Shown piece by piece: positions 53,401 through 64,000 of a stretch of 64,000 bases of DNA. This DNA is from Macrostomum lignano (lineage: Eukaryota): assembly GCA_002269645.1 (NCBI GenBank), contig NIVC01001710.1:62001-126000 (forward strand). Direction: 5' to 3'. Each line of letters begins with the position of its first letter. Within the stretch, counting starts at the first letter, position 1. The notes under the pieces are model-generated. The model ran no database searches and was not told the DNA's origin. It saw only the letters and a program-made list of their open reading frames with translations. A program made the translations under genes and the position numbers.

Positions 53401-56400
53401 CGCCTGCTCGGATAGCGGGCAGCAGCCTCAGGATGACCAGGCTCAGTGCGCCAACGATTACGTGCTGCTGATGGTGCAGCTGCTTCCCCAGCTGTGCGAG
53501 GCCGCCTCTGATGCCGATTTAGACGAACAACTGCAGGCATTTAGCAGCGATTTTTGTACAGGTGAGTTTGGCTTGTTGATATGCTGGTCCCGGTTGACTA
53601 TACTAGCTCAGTGCATGCTCGCTTAATTGTCTCAATCCTGTTTGTGAGCGGCTCTGGTTCCTGTTTATGCTCCATAGCGAGACAATATCAATCAAATCAA
53701 TGCTTCAGCTCTATGTGTTCTGTCGGAATCTTCAAACGGTAATAAAATAAATTTGATAAGTTTGTTTACTTGACACACGTTGAAAGACTTTTATTTCAAT
53801 TTAAGCACAAACCTGCGTTTCCTACGCGCGTAATGGGAGAAGTTTTTTTAGATAAATTTTAAGAGACGGCAACTTTTTTTGTTAAATGTACCATTTTTGC
53901 AATTCGATTAATTCATTTGTCTACCGTCTATCGGACTTCTAACCCGCTTTAACTAATTGGTGCCTCTGTGTACGGTGATTCTGTATTGTATGCTGAGAAG
54001 TGTAATGTGGGCCTGTGTAATGTTAGCCAGTGTAATGTGAGCCTGTGTAATGTGAGCTTGTGTAATGTGAGCCAGTGCAATGTGAGCCTGTGTAATGTGA
54101 GCCTGTGTACTGTGAGCCAGTGTAATGTTAGCCAGTGTAATGTAAGTCAGTGTAATGTGAGCCTGTGTAATGTTAGTCTGTGTAATGTGAGCCAGTGTAA
54201 TGTGAGCCAGTGTAATGTGAGCCTGTGTAATGTGAGCCTGTGTAATGTGAGCCAGTGTAATGTGAGCCTGTGTAATGTTAGTCTGTGTAATGTGAGCCAG
54301 TGTAATGTGAGCCTGTGTAATGTGAGCCAGTGTAATGTGATCCAGTGTAATGTGAGCCTGTGTAATGTGAGCCAGTGTAATGTGAGCCTGTGTAATGTGA
54401 GCCAGTGTAATGTGAGCCTGTGTAATGTTAGCCAGTGTAATGTGAGCCAGTGCAATGTGAGCCTGTGTAATGTGAGCCAGTGTAATGTTAGCCAGTGTAA
54501 TGTAAGTCAGTGTAATGTGAGCCTGTGTAATGTTAGTCTGTGTAATGTGAGCCAGTGTAATGTGAGCCTGTGTAATGTGAGCCAGTGTAATGTGATCCAG
54601 TGTAATGTGAGCCTGTGTAATGTGAGCCAGTGTAATGTGAGCCTGTGTAATGTGAGCCAGTGTAATGTGAGCCTGTGTAATGTGAGCCTGTGTAATGTGA
54701 GCCAGTGTAATGTGAGCCAGTGTAATGTTAGCCAGTGTAATGTGTAAAGTGTAAAGTGAGCCAGTATAATGTGAGCCTGTGTAATGTGAGCTTGTGTAAT
54801 GTGAGCCTGTGTAATGTTAGTCTGTGTAATGTGAGCCAGTGCAATGTGAGCCTGTGTAATGTGAGCCTGTGTACTGTGAGCCAGTGTATTGTTAGCCAGT
54901 GTAATGTAAGTCAGTGTAATGTGAGCCTGTGTAATGTTAGTCTGTGTAATGTGAGCCAGTGTAATGTGAGCCTGTGTAATGTGAACCAGTGTAATGTGAG
55001 CTAGTTTAATGTAAGTCTGTGTTATGTTAGCCAGTGTAATGTGAGCCTGTGTAATGTTAGCCTGTGTAATGTGAGCCAATGTAATGTGAGCTAGTGTAAT
55101 GTAAGTCTGTGTTATGTTAGCCAGTGTAATGTGATCCAGTGTAATGTTAGCCAGTGTAATGTGAGCCAGTGTAATGTGAGCCAGTGTAATGTGAGCCTGT
55201 GTAAAGTGAGCCAGTGTAATGTGATCCAGTGTAATGTGAGCCTGTGTAATATGAGCCAGTGTAATGTGAGCCTGTGTAATGTGAGCCAGTGTAATGTGAG
55301 CCTGTGTAATGTGAGCCAGTGTAATGTTAGCCAGTGTAATGTGTAAAGTGTAAATTGAGCCAGTGTAATGTGAACCTGTGTAATGTGAGCTTGTGTAATG
55401 TGAGCCTGTGTAATGTTAGTCTGTGTAATGTGAGCCAGTGCAATGTGAGCCTGTGTACTGTGAGCCAGTGTAATGTTAGCCAGTGTAATGTAAGTCAGTG
55501 TAATGTGAGCCTGTGTAATGTTAGTCTGTGTAATGTGAGCCAGTGTAATGTGAGCCTGTGTAATGTTAGCCTGTGTAATGTGAGCCAGTGTAATGTGAGC
55601 CAGTGTAATGTGAGCCTGTGTAATGTGAGCCTGTGTAATGTGTCCTGTTCGGAGTAATTGTTTTGGTTATATCAGAGTCGCACTGATGCCTTAAAGTCCC
55701 TTAAAAGTTTCCCACCTACCTCTAGCCGCCTCCCCATCCCCTTTAATCACAATTGAAGACCAGCCAGACAGCTCCGGCGGCGGCGGCGCCGGGTCTCTAA
55801 ACGCGGACGCGGTGTACTTTGCATCTCTGTGGACCCTCCGCCTGGCTGCGGTGGCGCAGGGCCTGGTTCGAGCCCCCCGAATCACCGAGGCCGCTTTCCT
55901 GTCTAGCGTGCTGGACTCCGGCCTGCTGCTGTGCACCTCGAGAGCCTGGCTGCGCGAGATCTATCGCCTAGTAGCCGATCAACGAATCTTGACCTTCCCA
56001 GCTGCCGTTGCTAAGGACTCTATATTGCTTAGCAACCTGGCTCAATTAGGCGCGGAGACGCCCAGTTCGGCTAGCGGCGAATGGCGCCGGACCAGAGAGC
56101 CGCAGGAGCTGTGGGCGCACTGGCTGCTGCTGGCCAGCTGGGACGCCGTTGTCGTCGTTCTCGGCGGCACAGTCGAACGCGGCGAGCGCGGCGCTCCTCT
56201 AGCTGTACTGTTCGGCACAGACGCTGTGCTAGAGGACGCCAGGCAGGCTGTTGTCAGATCCGTCACCGGCCTGCAGATTGCCGCTCTGCTGGCTGGCCGC
56301 CTCGGACTGGAGGCCCGCTGCGGCGCCGTGTTCAGCCGCCTGGCCGCCGCCTCCTGTCACTGCCCGGCTGGGACGCCGCTTCGGCTGCACGCGTGCGCCG

Positions 56401-59400
56401 CTTTGTCGCTCGACCTGCTAACCGGACGGGCTGTCCGAGTCGGACAGCGGGCTCCCGACTGTTGGCCGCACGTGCTTCGAGGTGAGAGCAGCTTCTTAGA
56501 GAGCTCTTTTAAGTCTTCTGATTTTGAATTTTTTGCTTTCCCAGAAATCGCCCTGTATTTAACGTAAAACTCATTCTTTAATATTTAGAAATCGTCTTTA
56601 AAAATTATTAAAAAATAATATTATAAAAAGAATCCTAAAATAGACCTAATTTATTATACTAAAAATTCATTCTAAAGTCGGCCTTCGAATTTTCTAAATC
56701 AGACTTCAAAAAGCATTTCAAAATCGGCATTCAAAAAGCATTTCAAATCGGCCTTTATAAAGCATATCAAATCAACCTTTAAAAAGTATATCAAAATCGG
56801 CCTTCAAAAAGCATATCAAATCAGCCTTCAAAAAGAATATCAAATCAGCCTTCAGAAAGCATTATCAAACTCGGCCTTCAAAAAGCATGTCAAAATCGGC
56901 CTTCAAAAAGCATATCAAATCAGCCTTCATTAAGCATATCAAATCGGCCTTCAGAAAGCATTATAAAACTCGGCCTTCAAAATGCATGTCAAACTCGGCC
57001 TTCAAAAAGCATATCAAATCGGCCTTTATAAAGCATATCAAATCGGCCTTCAAAAAGCATATCAAATCGGCCTTCAGAAAGCATTATAAAACTCGGCCTT
57101 CAAAATGCATGTCAAACTCGGCCTTCAAAAAGCATATCAAATCGGCCTTTATAAAGCATATCAAATCGGCCTTCAAAAAGCATATCAAATCGGCCTTCAG
57201 AAAGCATTATCAAACTCGGCCTTCAAAAAGCATATCAAATCGGCCTTCAAAAAGAATATCAAATCGGCCTTTATAAAGCATATCAAATCAGCCTTCATTA
57301 AGCATATCAAATCGGCCTTCAGAAAGCATTATAAAACTCGGCCTTCAAAATGCATGTCAAACTCGGCCTTCAAAAAGCATATCAAATCGGCCTTTATAAA
57401 GCATATCAAATCGGCCTTCAGAAAGCATTATCAAACTCGGCCTTCAAAAAGCATGTCAAAATCGGCCTTCAAAAAGCATGTCAAACTCGGCCTTCAAAAA
57501 GCATATCAAAATCGTCCCGCTGTTCATCCCATTGCTCAGGCGTGACCCACATCGCGGCACTGGAGCGCCAGCTGGTCAGCAGCGGCCAATTCCAGTCTAT
57601 GGGCGGCCTATTGGCCACGTCAACATCAGATTCCGTAGCGGACAGTCAGCTAGCCGGCTCGGACATTCCCGCCCTTGTCGCTCGCTGGCAAGTCGGCGGG
57701 CACAGCCTACTAACGCCCGCCCAGACAACCAAAGTTGTAGCCGCTCTGGTCTCGGCAGCTGATCGCCTATTTGATGACGCGGCCCAGCTTCCTCTGGTAT
57801 CTTTATTAGCTTTTGTTCGCGCCCTGTGCGACGTGTCGGCCGATCTGGTGAGCTGCGGTGACAGCGGGCTGGTCAGCCGGCTCTGCCAGCTGGTGCTTAG
57901 CGTGACCCAGTCTGAGCGGCTGCTCGCTCACGTGCTGTGCGTCTGGTCCATCGCTGGCGGCCATTTCACCAAGGCCTGCTCGGAGCAGCGCACGGCTAAG
58001 ACGGCCGTCAGCAGTTTGCACGAATGCACTGTGGCTCTGCTGCGCTGGCGACCGGAGCGGCCGCATTTCAACATGCACGAGGCCGCTTTGAAGCCAGTGG
58101 AATGGCTGCTAGGCTTGGAGCTGTGCGATGCAGACACTCAGGATCAGCTGGTCTGCTGCGTGTGCGAACTGGTTGAAGCGTTTAGCCACGAATTGGGCAG
58201 CGGCTGGCGGCCCGTGTTTGCCGCGCTTCGTCACGTGCGCGTCGATTTTGCCGGCTCCGCTGCTGGGAGCGGCACGCGGCCGCTGTTAGCGACGTGTTTC
58301 AGGCCTTTCTTGGCACAGATTCTACCCAGGTAGGCTGCTGATTGACGGGGTGAGGGGTTGTAGCTAGTGACGGACAGGTGACACGGGTTTTATGTGGCTA
58401 ATGATGGAGAGGAGGTTGGATATGGCTAATGATGAACAGGTGAGACCTGTCTTTACTACAGTAGTAGTATTTACCAAATTAGAGGGTTGTAGCCTAATGG
58501 TTAGAGAGTCAGACTCACTACTGAAAGGTCGGGGGTTCGATTCTCAGCCCATTTGGAGCAATTTGTGTTTTTGAGCAAGACACTTAACTCTGTATTGCTT
58601 CAGTTCACCCAGCTGTAAAATAGGTGCCAGCATTAGCTGGGGAATTGAGGGTGTGTGGCGACCCCCCAGTCCTTGGACTGAACAGCCGTACGCAGCCTTC
58701 AGCTAGGCTGAGCTGTCGGTTGCACATCTGCTCAGTATGGCAGGTGTAATCAATTATTATTATTTCAAATGATTTCATGTAAAAAATAGGTCTACTGATT
58801 GACAGGTAGAGATAGGAAGGCTACTGATTGACAGGTAGAGATGGGAGTAGCTACTGATTGACAGGTAGAGATGGGAGTAGCTACTGATTGACAGGTAGAG
58901 ATTAGAGGGGCTGCTGATTGACACTTAAAGATAGGAAGGGCTACAGACTGACAGGTAGAAATGGGAGGGGCTACAGATTGACAGGTAAAGATAGGAGGGG
59001 CTGCTGATTGACAGGTAGAGATGGGAGGGGCTGCTGATTGACAGGTAAAGATAGGAGGGGCTGCTGATTGACAGGTAAAGATAGGAGGGGCTGCTGATTG
59101 ACAGGTAAAGATAGGAGGGGCTGCTGATTGACAGGTAAAGATAGGAGGGGCTGCTGATTGACAGGTAAAGATAGGAGAGGCTGCTGATTGACAGGTAAAA
59201 ATAGGAGGGGCTGCTGATTGACAGGTAAAGATAGGAGGGGCTGCTGATTGACAGGTAAACATAGCAGATGCAATACGCCAACGCACGCAGGTGCTGGCCA
59301 ACGCCCTAGTGGACTGCGTGCTCTGCCTGCTACGCTACGTCCGCGGCCCCGTGGCCGGCGACCCGGCGGCAGATGAAGACACGGACAGCGAGTCCGATTC

Positions 59401-60798
59401 GGACACGGGCGAACAGTTCGACTCAAACAGGTCCACTGGCACGTCAGTTGATCCCGTCAGCTCCGCGCCGCTCTGCCTGCCAGCCCTGCGCCACTTGGCC
59501 ACGGCTGCCGGCCTCCTTGGCGACATGGCGCGCATGCCGGCGCCGCCAGCTTTCAAAGGCGCCGATCGATTCGCCGCTGCTCCGTCAGCTGAATCGGCTT
59601 TGTCGTCGAGCGCCGCCGCCGTTAGCGACGGCTCCCCGGGCCGCAGCCTGGCCCAGCTGGTGCACAGGTTCCCGCAGCACGACTGGCACCTGCCTGTGCC
59701 CGTGGCCTGCCCGGCTTTGCCGTCCGACGGCCCGGAGTCGCCGGCCGGAGCCGCTTCGGCGCCAGGCTGCGGTCCAAGCTCCGACCTGCTGGCCGTGTGG
59801 TGGCTGCTTATCGACGGGCTGCTGTCGGCCGCCTGGGAATCGCCAGCCGCTGCCCAGGCGTTCACAGCCGCCTTCGACCTGCTGCGGTCCGGCCTGGCCA
59901 GCCCCGGCTGCGATGCCGTGCTGTTCGCCTTCCAGCGCCTGCTGCTGCCTCAGCTGTTGAAGCGTCTGCGCTGCTGTGCCGCCTGCGAGCGACCTTCGCG
60001 GGTGACGGCACTCCGGCAGGCCTGCGGGCTGACCACCGACCTGGCCGTGCACCTGCTGCGCGAGGCTGGCCCTGAGTTCGCGTCCGGCGCCGTGCAGAGC
60101 CTGCTGCATGTGCTCATCGACTGCGTGTCCAGCTGCTCTGAGCAGGTGCTTACAATGTGGCCTCCCAGATCCTCAGTTACTGGGCCAGCCTACCAGATCC
60201 TCAGTTGCTGGGCCACTACCTACCAGATCCTCAGTTGCTGGGCCACTACCTACCATATCCTCAGTTGCTGGGCCAGCCTACCAGATCCTCAGTTGCTGGG
60301 CCACTACCTACCAGATCCTCAGTTGCTGGGCCACTACCTACCAGATCCTCAGTTGCTGGGCCACTACCTACCAGATCCTCAGTTGCTGGGCCACTACCTA
60401 CCAGATCCTCAGTTGCGGGCCCAACTCCCAGAGTGTCAGTTGCTGAGCCACCTGGGGCTACAGCTAGTCACTTATTAGTTATTAAGTTATTATCCAACCC
60501 CATTGCCAGGTGTGCCGGCTTGGCTGTTCCTGCCTGCGGCACTTCCTCATCTCATCGACGCCCTACCTGTCGGCCGAGCTGTGGACGGCCTGCTGCCAGG
60601 CCCTGCGCTCCGGCCTGCAGCTGTCCTGGGAGCCGCTGCTCCGGCTGGGCCTGGTGTTCTCGCGCCATTCCGACCAGTTTTATGGCGATCTGGGCCACAT
60701 CCGGGTGGCGGCCAGGCGGGAGCCGCGCGGACAATCGAGACGGATGTACCAGCTGGCTAGGCAGCTGTTCCTGCTGGATGGCCAATTCGACTTCTCCG
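47444..60798 (+). CDS. ARFGEF3: ARFGEF3/BIG3 (brefeldin A-inhibited GEF 3), exons 1-9; C-terminal exons not found in window; 1-nt frameshift near 58265
   Basis: Exons 47444-47893, 48379-48462, 49255-49392, 51722-52492, 53153-53561, 55768(or 55759)-56481, 57540-58329, 59291-60145, 60510-60798. BIG3 motifs: ELRSACLEPLQLALESGN, LPDDLQIEVMRLLL, LLWRRLCPCLVSLL, LGRGSG, ALFNRMLLYPP, LQAFSSDFCTG, LNADAVY, APDCWPHVLR, ERPHFNMHEAALKP, LGSGWRPVFAAL, DVFQAFL..D..QVLANA, CRLGCSCLRH. Confidence 0.92.
47910..48300. repeat. 16-bp minisatellite (ARFGEF3 intron 1)
   Basis: Unit tagtggattataggat. Confidence 0.9.
48755..49170. repeat. 44-bp minisatellite (ARFGEF3 intron 2)
   Basis: Unit gcaatgcttcaagactcgggagtgaccgccagccccaccttccc. 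Confidence 0.95.
49670..50340. repeat. Polypurine GGAGA/GGTGA repeat (ARFGEF3 intron 3)
   Basis: ggggaaggtgaggagaggaga units. Confidence 0.9.
50700..51600. repeat. ~21-bp purine-rich minisatellite (ARFGEF3 intron 3)
   Basis: Unit ggatactgaaggagagacaga, with variants. Confidence 0.9.
52512..52790 (-). mobile_element. tRNA-derived SINE, family B (CORE-like central domain), full length
   Basis: Reverse complement shows a tRNA head (gtagcctattggtaagagcg…ggggttcgattccc), the segment ttgagcaagacacttaactct…ttcagttcacccagctgtaaaatggg resembling the CORE-SINE domain, and a (TAT)n tail. It is a close match to 58486-58765. Confidence 0.85.
52826..52970. repeat. ~20-bp minisatellite (ARFGEF3 intron 4)
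   Basis: Unit tagcactgattgtggcgcccc. Confidence 0.85.
53045..53100 (-). mobile_element. SINE family A, 3' tail fragment
   Basis: Reverse complement cagggccgctgtaacaccctgagcg…gtgtgtg matches 4547-4575. Confidence 0.5.
53998..55642. repeat. 15-bp minisatellite, 1.65 kb (ARFGEF3 intron 5)
   Basis: Unit tgtaatgtgagcc(a/t)g. Confidence 0.95.
56690..57510. repeat. ~24-bp minisatellite (ARFGEF3 intron 6)
   Basis: Unit aaatcggccttcaaaaagcatatc, with variants. Confidence 0.9.
58486..58765 (+). mobile_element. tRNA-derived SINE, family B (CORE-like), full length
   Basis: gttgtagcctaatggttagagag…ggggttcgattctc head, CORE-like centre and tattattatt tail. Inverted relative to 52512-52790. Confidence 0.85.
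58792..59262. repeat. 30-bp minisatellite (ARFGEF3 intron 7)
   Basis: Unit ctgctgattgacaggtaaagataggagggg. Confidence 0.95.
60163..60450. repeat. 30-bp minisatellite (ARFGEF3 intron 8)
   Basis: Unit ccagatcctcagttgctgggccactaccta. Confidence 0.95.
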
Positions 60799-61472
60799 GT
60801 GAGTTCTTGTAGTGCAGCCTGGGAAGGTGGGGCCAATAAACTGCCAGCTATCAATGATTAGTGAGGATTTTATAGGCTGTACATTGTCAATCAGTGACTT
60901 TCGCCAATTTTGGTGGCTTTGTACTAGCAATCTGCGCCCCCCCCCAACCCCGGTTGGGTAGGCAACAAAGAAAGGTGAGCTTTGGCATCGAAGCCTGCCT
61001 TAAAGCCCCTAGCTGAACCCTAACTCTAACTTTGATCTACCGTTGAATCTAGCGTTCAATTACAAAAAATAACTATTCTGAATTTATTGTGCTTAATTGC
61101 ATGCCCGTAATTAAGGAATCAGATGAGTTTCACGATGCCTTTTTGAGTTGCTGTCACACAAACCCATGGTTAAAGAAAAAAGACTAACACAATGAAAGAC
61201 GCTAGCAAGCCAATGGTACAAGTGTTGCATGTCTAATACGGGGAACTATTGTGAAAATATTTGTTATGTGAGGCTTTTCCGCAAATTTATTCTAGAACCT
61301 TTGTAGTATTATATAAAGCTCGTGTGAAGATCACTGCAGATAAAAAACTATGACGGACACACACCCGTCTTCAGGTTTCAGATCTCAACAGGAGCCGTCT
61401 TAAAAGCAACATGAAAAAATAGAACGCTTTTACAGCAACGTTTACCATTCAACAAAAAGCAACTAATGGCTA

Positions 61473-61810
61473 CCCGGCAAAAAATATGTACGCATTTTAG
61501 CCGGATTTTGGTGCTCCCTGACCGCAAATTTTGACCGCGTGGCCCTATCTCACAAGAGTAACAAATACGGTCAAAAAAACTTGCCAGTAGTTACGTTTGG
61601 GGTCAAACCTCGTTTTCCTTTGACCGCAAATCTCCATTTTTTGCGTATTTATTGCAGTCAAATTTGTCCATCGTTTTGCGGTCAAGTGCGGTCAAGAAAA
61701 GTGGTCAAAATACGGCTAAGGAGGCTATGCGGTCCAAATGCGGTCAAAATTTGGCAGCTAAGCGTGGGGTCGAGCTGCGGTCAAAATGTGGTCAGAATGT
61801 GGTCCAGATG
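61473..61810. mobile_element. Possible DNA-transposon terminus with subterminal repeats (CACTA/EnSpm-like)
   Basis: TA|CCCGGCAAAAAATATG followed by about 14 dispersed TGCGGTCAAA-like motifs in both orientations. The partner TIR is not in the window. Confidence 0.35.
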
Positions 61811-62325
61811 TACTGTATATCTCTCTGTCTCTCTGTGACTGAGCTCTATCTTTTCCCTGAAGGAAGAGGAATAAGGAATCCGTGGAAGAGGAATCAACTG
61901 GTTTATCAAATGAATAAATCATGAAAAGCTAAATCATAAACCGTGATAGAAAAGAACAGTCAGAACGGCAAAGAACGGCACCGATATGCTTTCACTGTAT
62001 TTGCTAGATGTAAAACAAAAACGAAAACTACAAAAGTTGAGTGAAAGCAATTAAAACTAAAACAAATATTGGCTGTCAATGTTTACAGAAAAACGAGCAT
62101 AAATGCCGTTTATAAGCAAAAGCATTCAGTTTTGGTGCAGTTTTTTTCAGGAGAAAGTCAGTCTGGAGACATTTGATTGAAGCTTTGATTAAATTCTAGG
62201 CTGACTGTTGCTAGAATTTTGAGGCGCGGGAAAAAATAAACCGCTTATTAAAATTCTCAGGTTGTGCTTTAATTTTGAGACTGACTTAACTCCTGAATAT
62301 ACTGCCACTTTGGGCGCACGTACAA

Positions 62326-63650
62326 TTAAGCTAGGAACTGGTGCAACAGCTCCACCTCAAAGTCGTGCATGTCACGCACATAACTGTTCGACGGGCTAGC
62401 AGAGGCTGTGGCGGCGCTGCCGACATGGCCAGTATAGTTGGCGTTCGACGGGCCAGCAGAGGCTGTGGCGGCGCTGCCGACATGGCCAGTATAGTTGGCG
62501 TTCGACGGGCCAGCAGAGGCTGTGGCGGCGCTGCCGACATGGCCAGTATAGTTGGCGTTCGACGGGCCAGCAGAGGCTGTAGCGGCGCTGCCGACATGGC
62601 CAGTATTGCTACCAGCGGTGGAGGTCTTAGCTTTTATTACGGGGCACGCCCAGGCGCCTGCGTGCTGTTGCCGTGCAGCGCGCTGCAGTTCCCGCGGCTC
62701 CAGTGGGCACCGATCTTCCGCATGAATCGCTCCATGTGACCAAGTGATGCGCAGTCGGCCGGAGTGCTCGGGCTGTTGCCGACCTTCCTGCGAGGGTCCG
62801 CACGAGCGCCCACTTGGCGATTTTTTTGCGCCGGTTTAGTTTCTCCACTTCAGCCGCATTCACGGCTGTCGCACTCCTGGCGCCGACCTACTTCTACCAG
62901 GACATAGGGCATGTCCTCTGCCAGAGGGACAAGGCCGGTGGACTCGGCTGGTTTGGGATAGAGATGAGGGTGACCAGTCAGTCAGATGAGTTAGAACGAT
63001 TGCTCTGTAAGTATTTGTAGATCTCACCTGGCGTACTGTGCGGCAGCACAGCGACCCGGTTGGCACTCCGGCCCTCTCCACTAGCAGTGGCAGCAGTGTT
63101 ATCGACCAGCATAGCTTCGGCTTCAAACGATAATCGGCAATCTGCATCAGGATCGATGTCGATTCCTGGTGCAACATGATCCTGTGGGCCATCGGTCGCC
63201 TGTAAAGAGGAAGCTGCCCGCTGCATGTGAGCGACTGCCTGTGCGCATCGCTTCTCCTGTAGGGCACGAAGGCGCTGCTCCTCGGCTAGAAGCGCTTCCA
63301 GCGCCGTCTCCGACGCAACAGGTAAGCGACCTGTTGTTGGAGTTCATTAGCACGGGCATCTGCGTCCTGCAACTGGGCCGTACGGCGCTGCAACTCGGCC
63401 CTTGTGGCAGAAAAGGTGACACAAATAAATGACCGAAACGAAACGAACATCGACGTTGCAACAACGAAAGGTGACAGCGGGTGTTCACTTATTAATTACC
63501 TTTGGCGTCGGCCAGGTCGCGGACGCGGGACACTTCGAGCTGCAGGTTGCGGCAGGCTGGACACCTTCGGGGCAGCTCGGGCTGTGGCACCTCGCGACGG
63601 CTAAGATTTGCGATCGCTAGCGCCTCCTCCCTGGTCGTTACCCGGCCCCG
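62326..63650 (-). pseudogene. Uncharacterised spliced coiled-coil gene with frame disruptions (pseudogene, transposon ORF or mis-assembled gene)
   Basis: Minus-strand coding-like pieces: …LQLEVSRVRDLADAK| (donor gtaatt near 63499); AELQRRTAQLQDADARANELQQQVAYLL / ETALEALLAEEQRLRALQEKR…LPHSTP| (donor gtgaga at 63027); AESTGLVPLAEDMPYVLVE|; EGRQQPEH…PRELQRAARQQHAGAW…[57-bp repeat]…SYVRDMHDFEVELLHQFLA* (stop 62326-62328). At least one frameshift is needed, near 63315. Confidence 0.45.
62386..62605. repeat. 57-bp tandem repeat (about 4 copies), probably coding on the minus strand
   Basis: Unit gttcgacgggccagcagaggctgtggcggcgctgccgacatggccagtatagttggc. The minus frame gives TGHVGSAATASAGPSNANY. 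Confidence 0.9.
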
Positions 63651-64000
63651 GAAATATGAGGTAGCAGAAATATTGTGGCCACAGTACGCTAGTCCGATTG
63701 TTCAGAAAAAAGCTGTGAAAGTTAGCATGTAGCACTTTAACAAATTTATTAACGGTAAAGGTAAACGGTAAACATAACTTCTTTATAAGCGGAGAGTAAG
63801 CACAGCGAAAACAGTGCAAATTAATAATTGAACATACGGCTTGAAACTATAAAGAGGAAAACAACGGAACAACAGAATCAAACAGGGCAGTGGCTATTGC
63901 GTAATAAGTTTACAATTACGACGTGGCCAACTGGGTATGCGGTAGCATTGCAATCGACGTCGGCGACACGTCGCACGCGCCTAAGATGTCCGTCAGATTG

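Noticed and set aside
53968-55657. Cys-rich CNVS(L/Q) pentapeptide ORFs resembling a repeat or antifreeze protein
   Set aside because: 15-bp minisatellite inside ARFGEF3 intron 5; no signal peptide, frame-breaking indels, and no splice-phase link to flanking exons.
28466-58329. Calling the GPCR and ARFGEF3 pseudogenes
   Set aside because: Each has only one single-base lesion in a homopolymer, with otherwise intact frames and splice sites; this pattern is more typical of long-read assembly error.
62845-62865. In-frame TGA in E-C-G-TGA as a selenocysteine (SELENOF-like CGU)
   Set aside because: Flanking sequence is unlike SELENOF, no SECIS was recognised, and a putative intron (62891-62787) removes the TGA.
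62854-63006. Plus-strand phase 1-1 exon (AFTAVALLAPTYFYQD…) as ARFGEF3 exon 10
   Set aside because: Splice phase fits, but there is no resemblance to the BIG3 sequence expected after exon 9, and it overlaps better-supported minus-strand coding pieces.

Overview
Eukaryotic (animal) genomic DNA. GC-rich exons with poly-Ala/Gln/Gly tracts and minisatellite-filled introns suggest a free-living flatworm such as Macrostomum (inference only). Genes reconstructed by hand from GT-AG boundaries and reading phase: (1) the 3' end of an upstream gene (1-720); (2) an intact 12-exon Na+-coupled SLC4 bicarbonate transporter (+, 3258-19776, ~1260 aa); (3) a 2-exon orphan gene (-, 24054-25931, 549 aa); (4) a melatonin-receptor-like class A GPCR (-, 28466 to at least 31232) with a 1-nt frameshift; (5) TMEM186 (-) and TPGS1 (+), divergent around a CpG-retaining segment; (6) ARFGEF3/BIG3 (+, 47444 to at least 60798, C-terminal exons not found, one 1-nt frameshift); (7) a frame-disrupted spliced coiled-coil gene (-, 62326 to ~63650) beside a possible CACTA/EnSpm-type transposon end. 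Nearly every long intron of SLC4 and ARFGEF3 holds its own unrelated tandem array. There are also two tRNA-derived SINE families, nested MITEs and a palindromic element family. Most long ORFs in the supplied track are repeat artefacts. No CRISPR, rRNA or true tRNA genes were seen.
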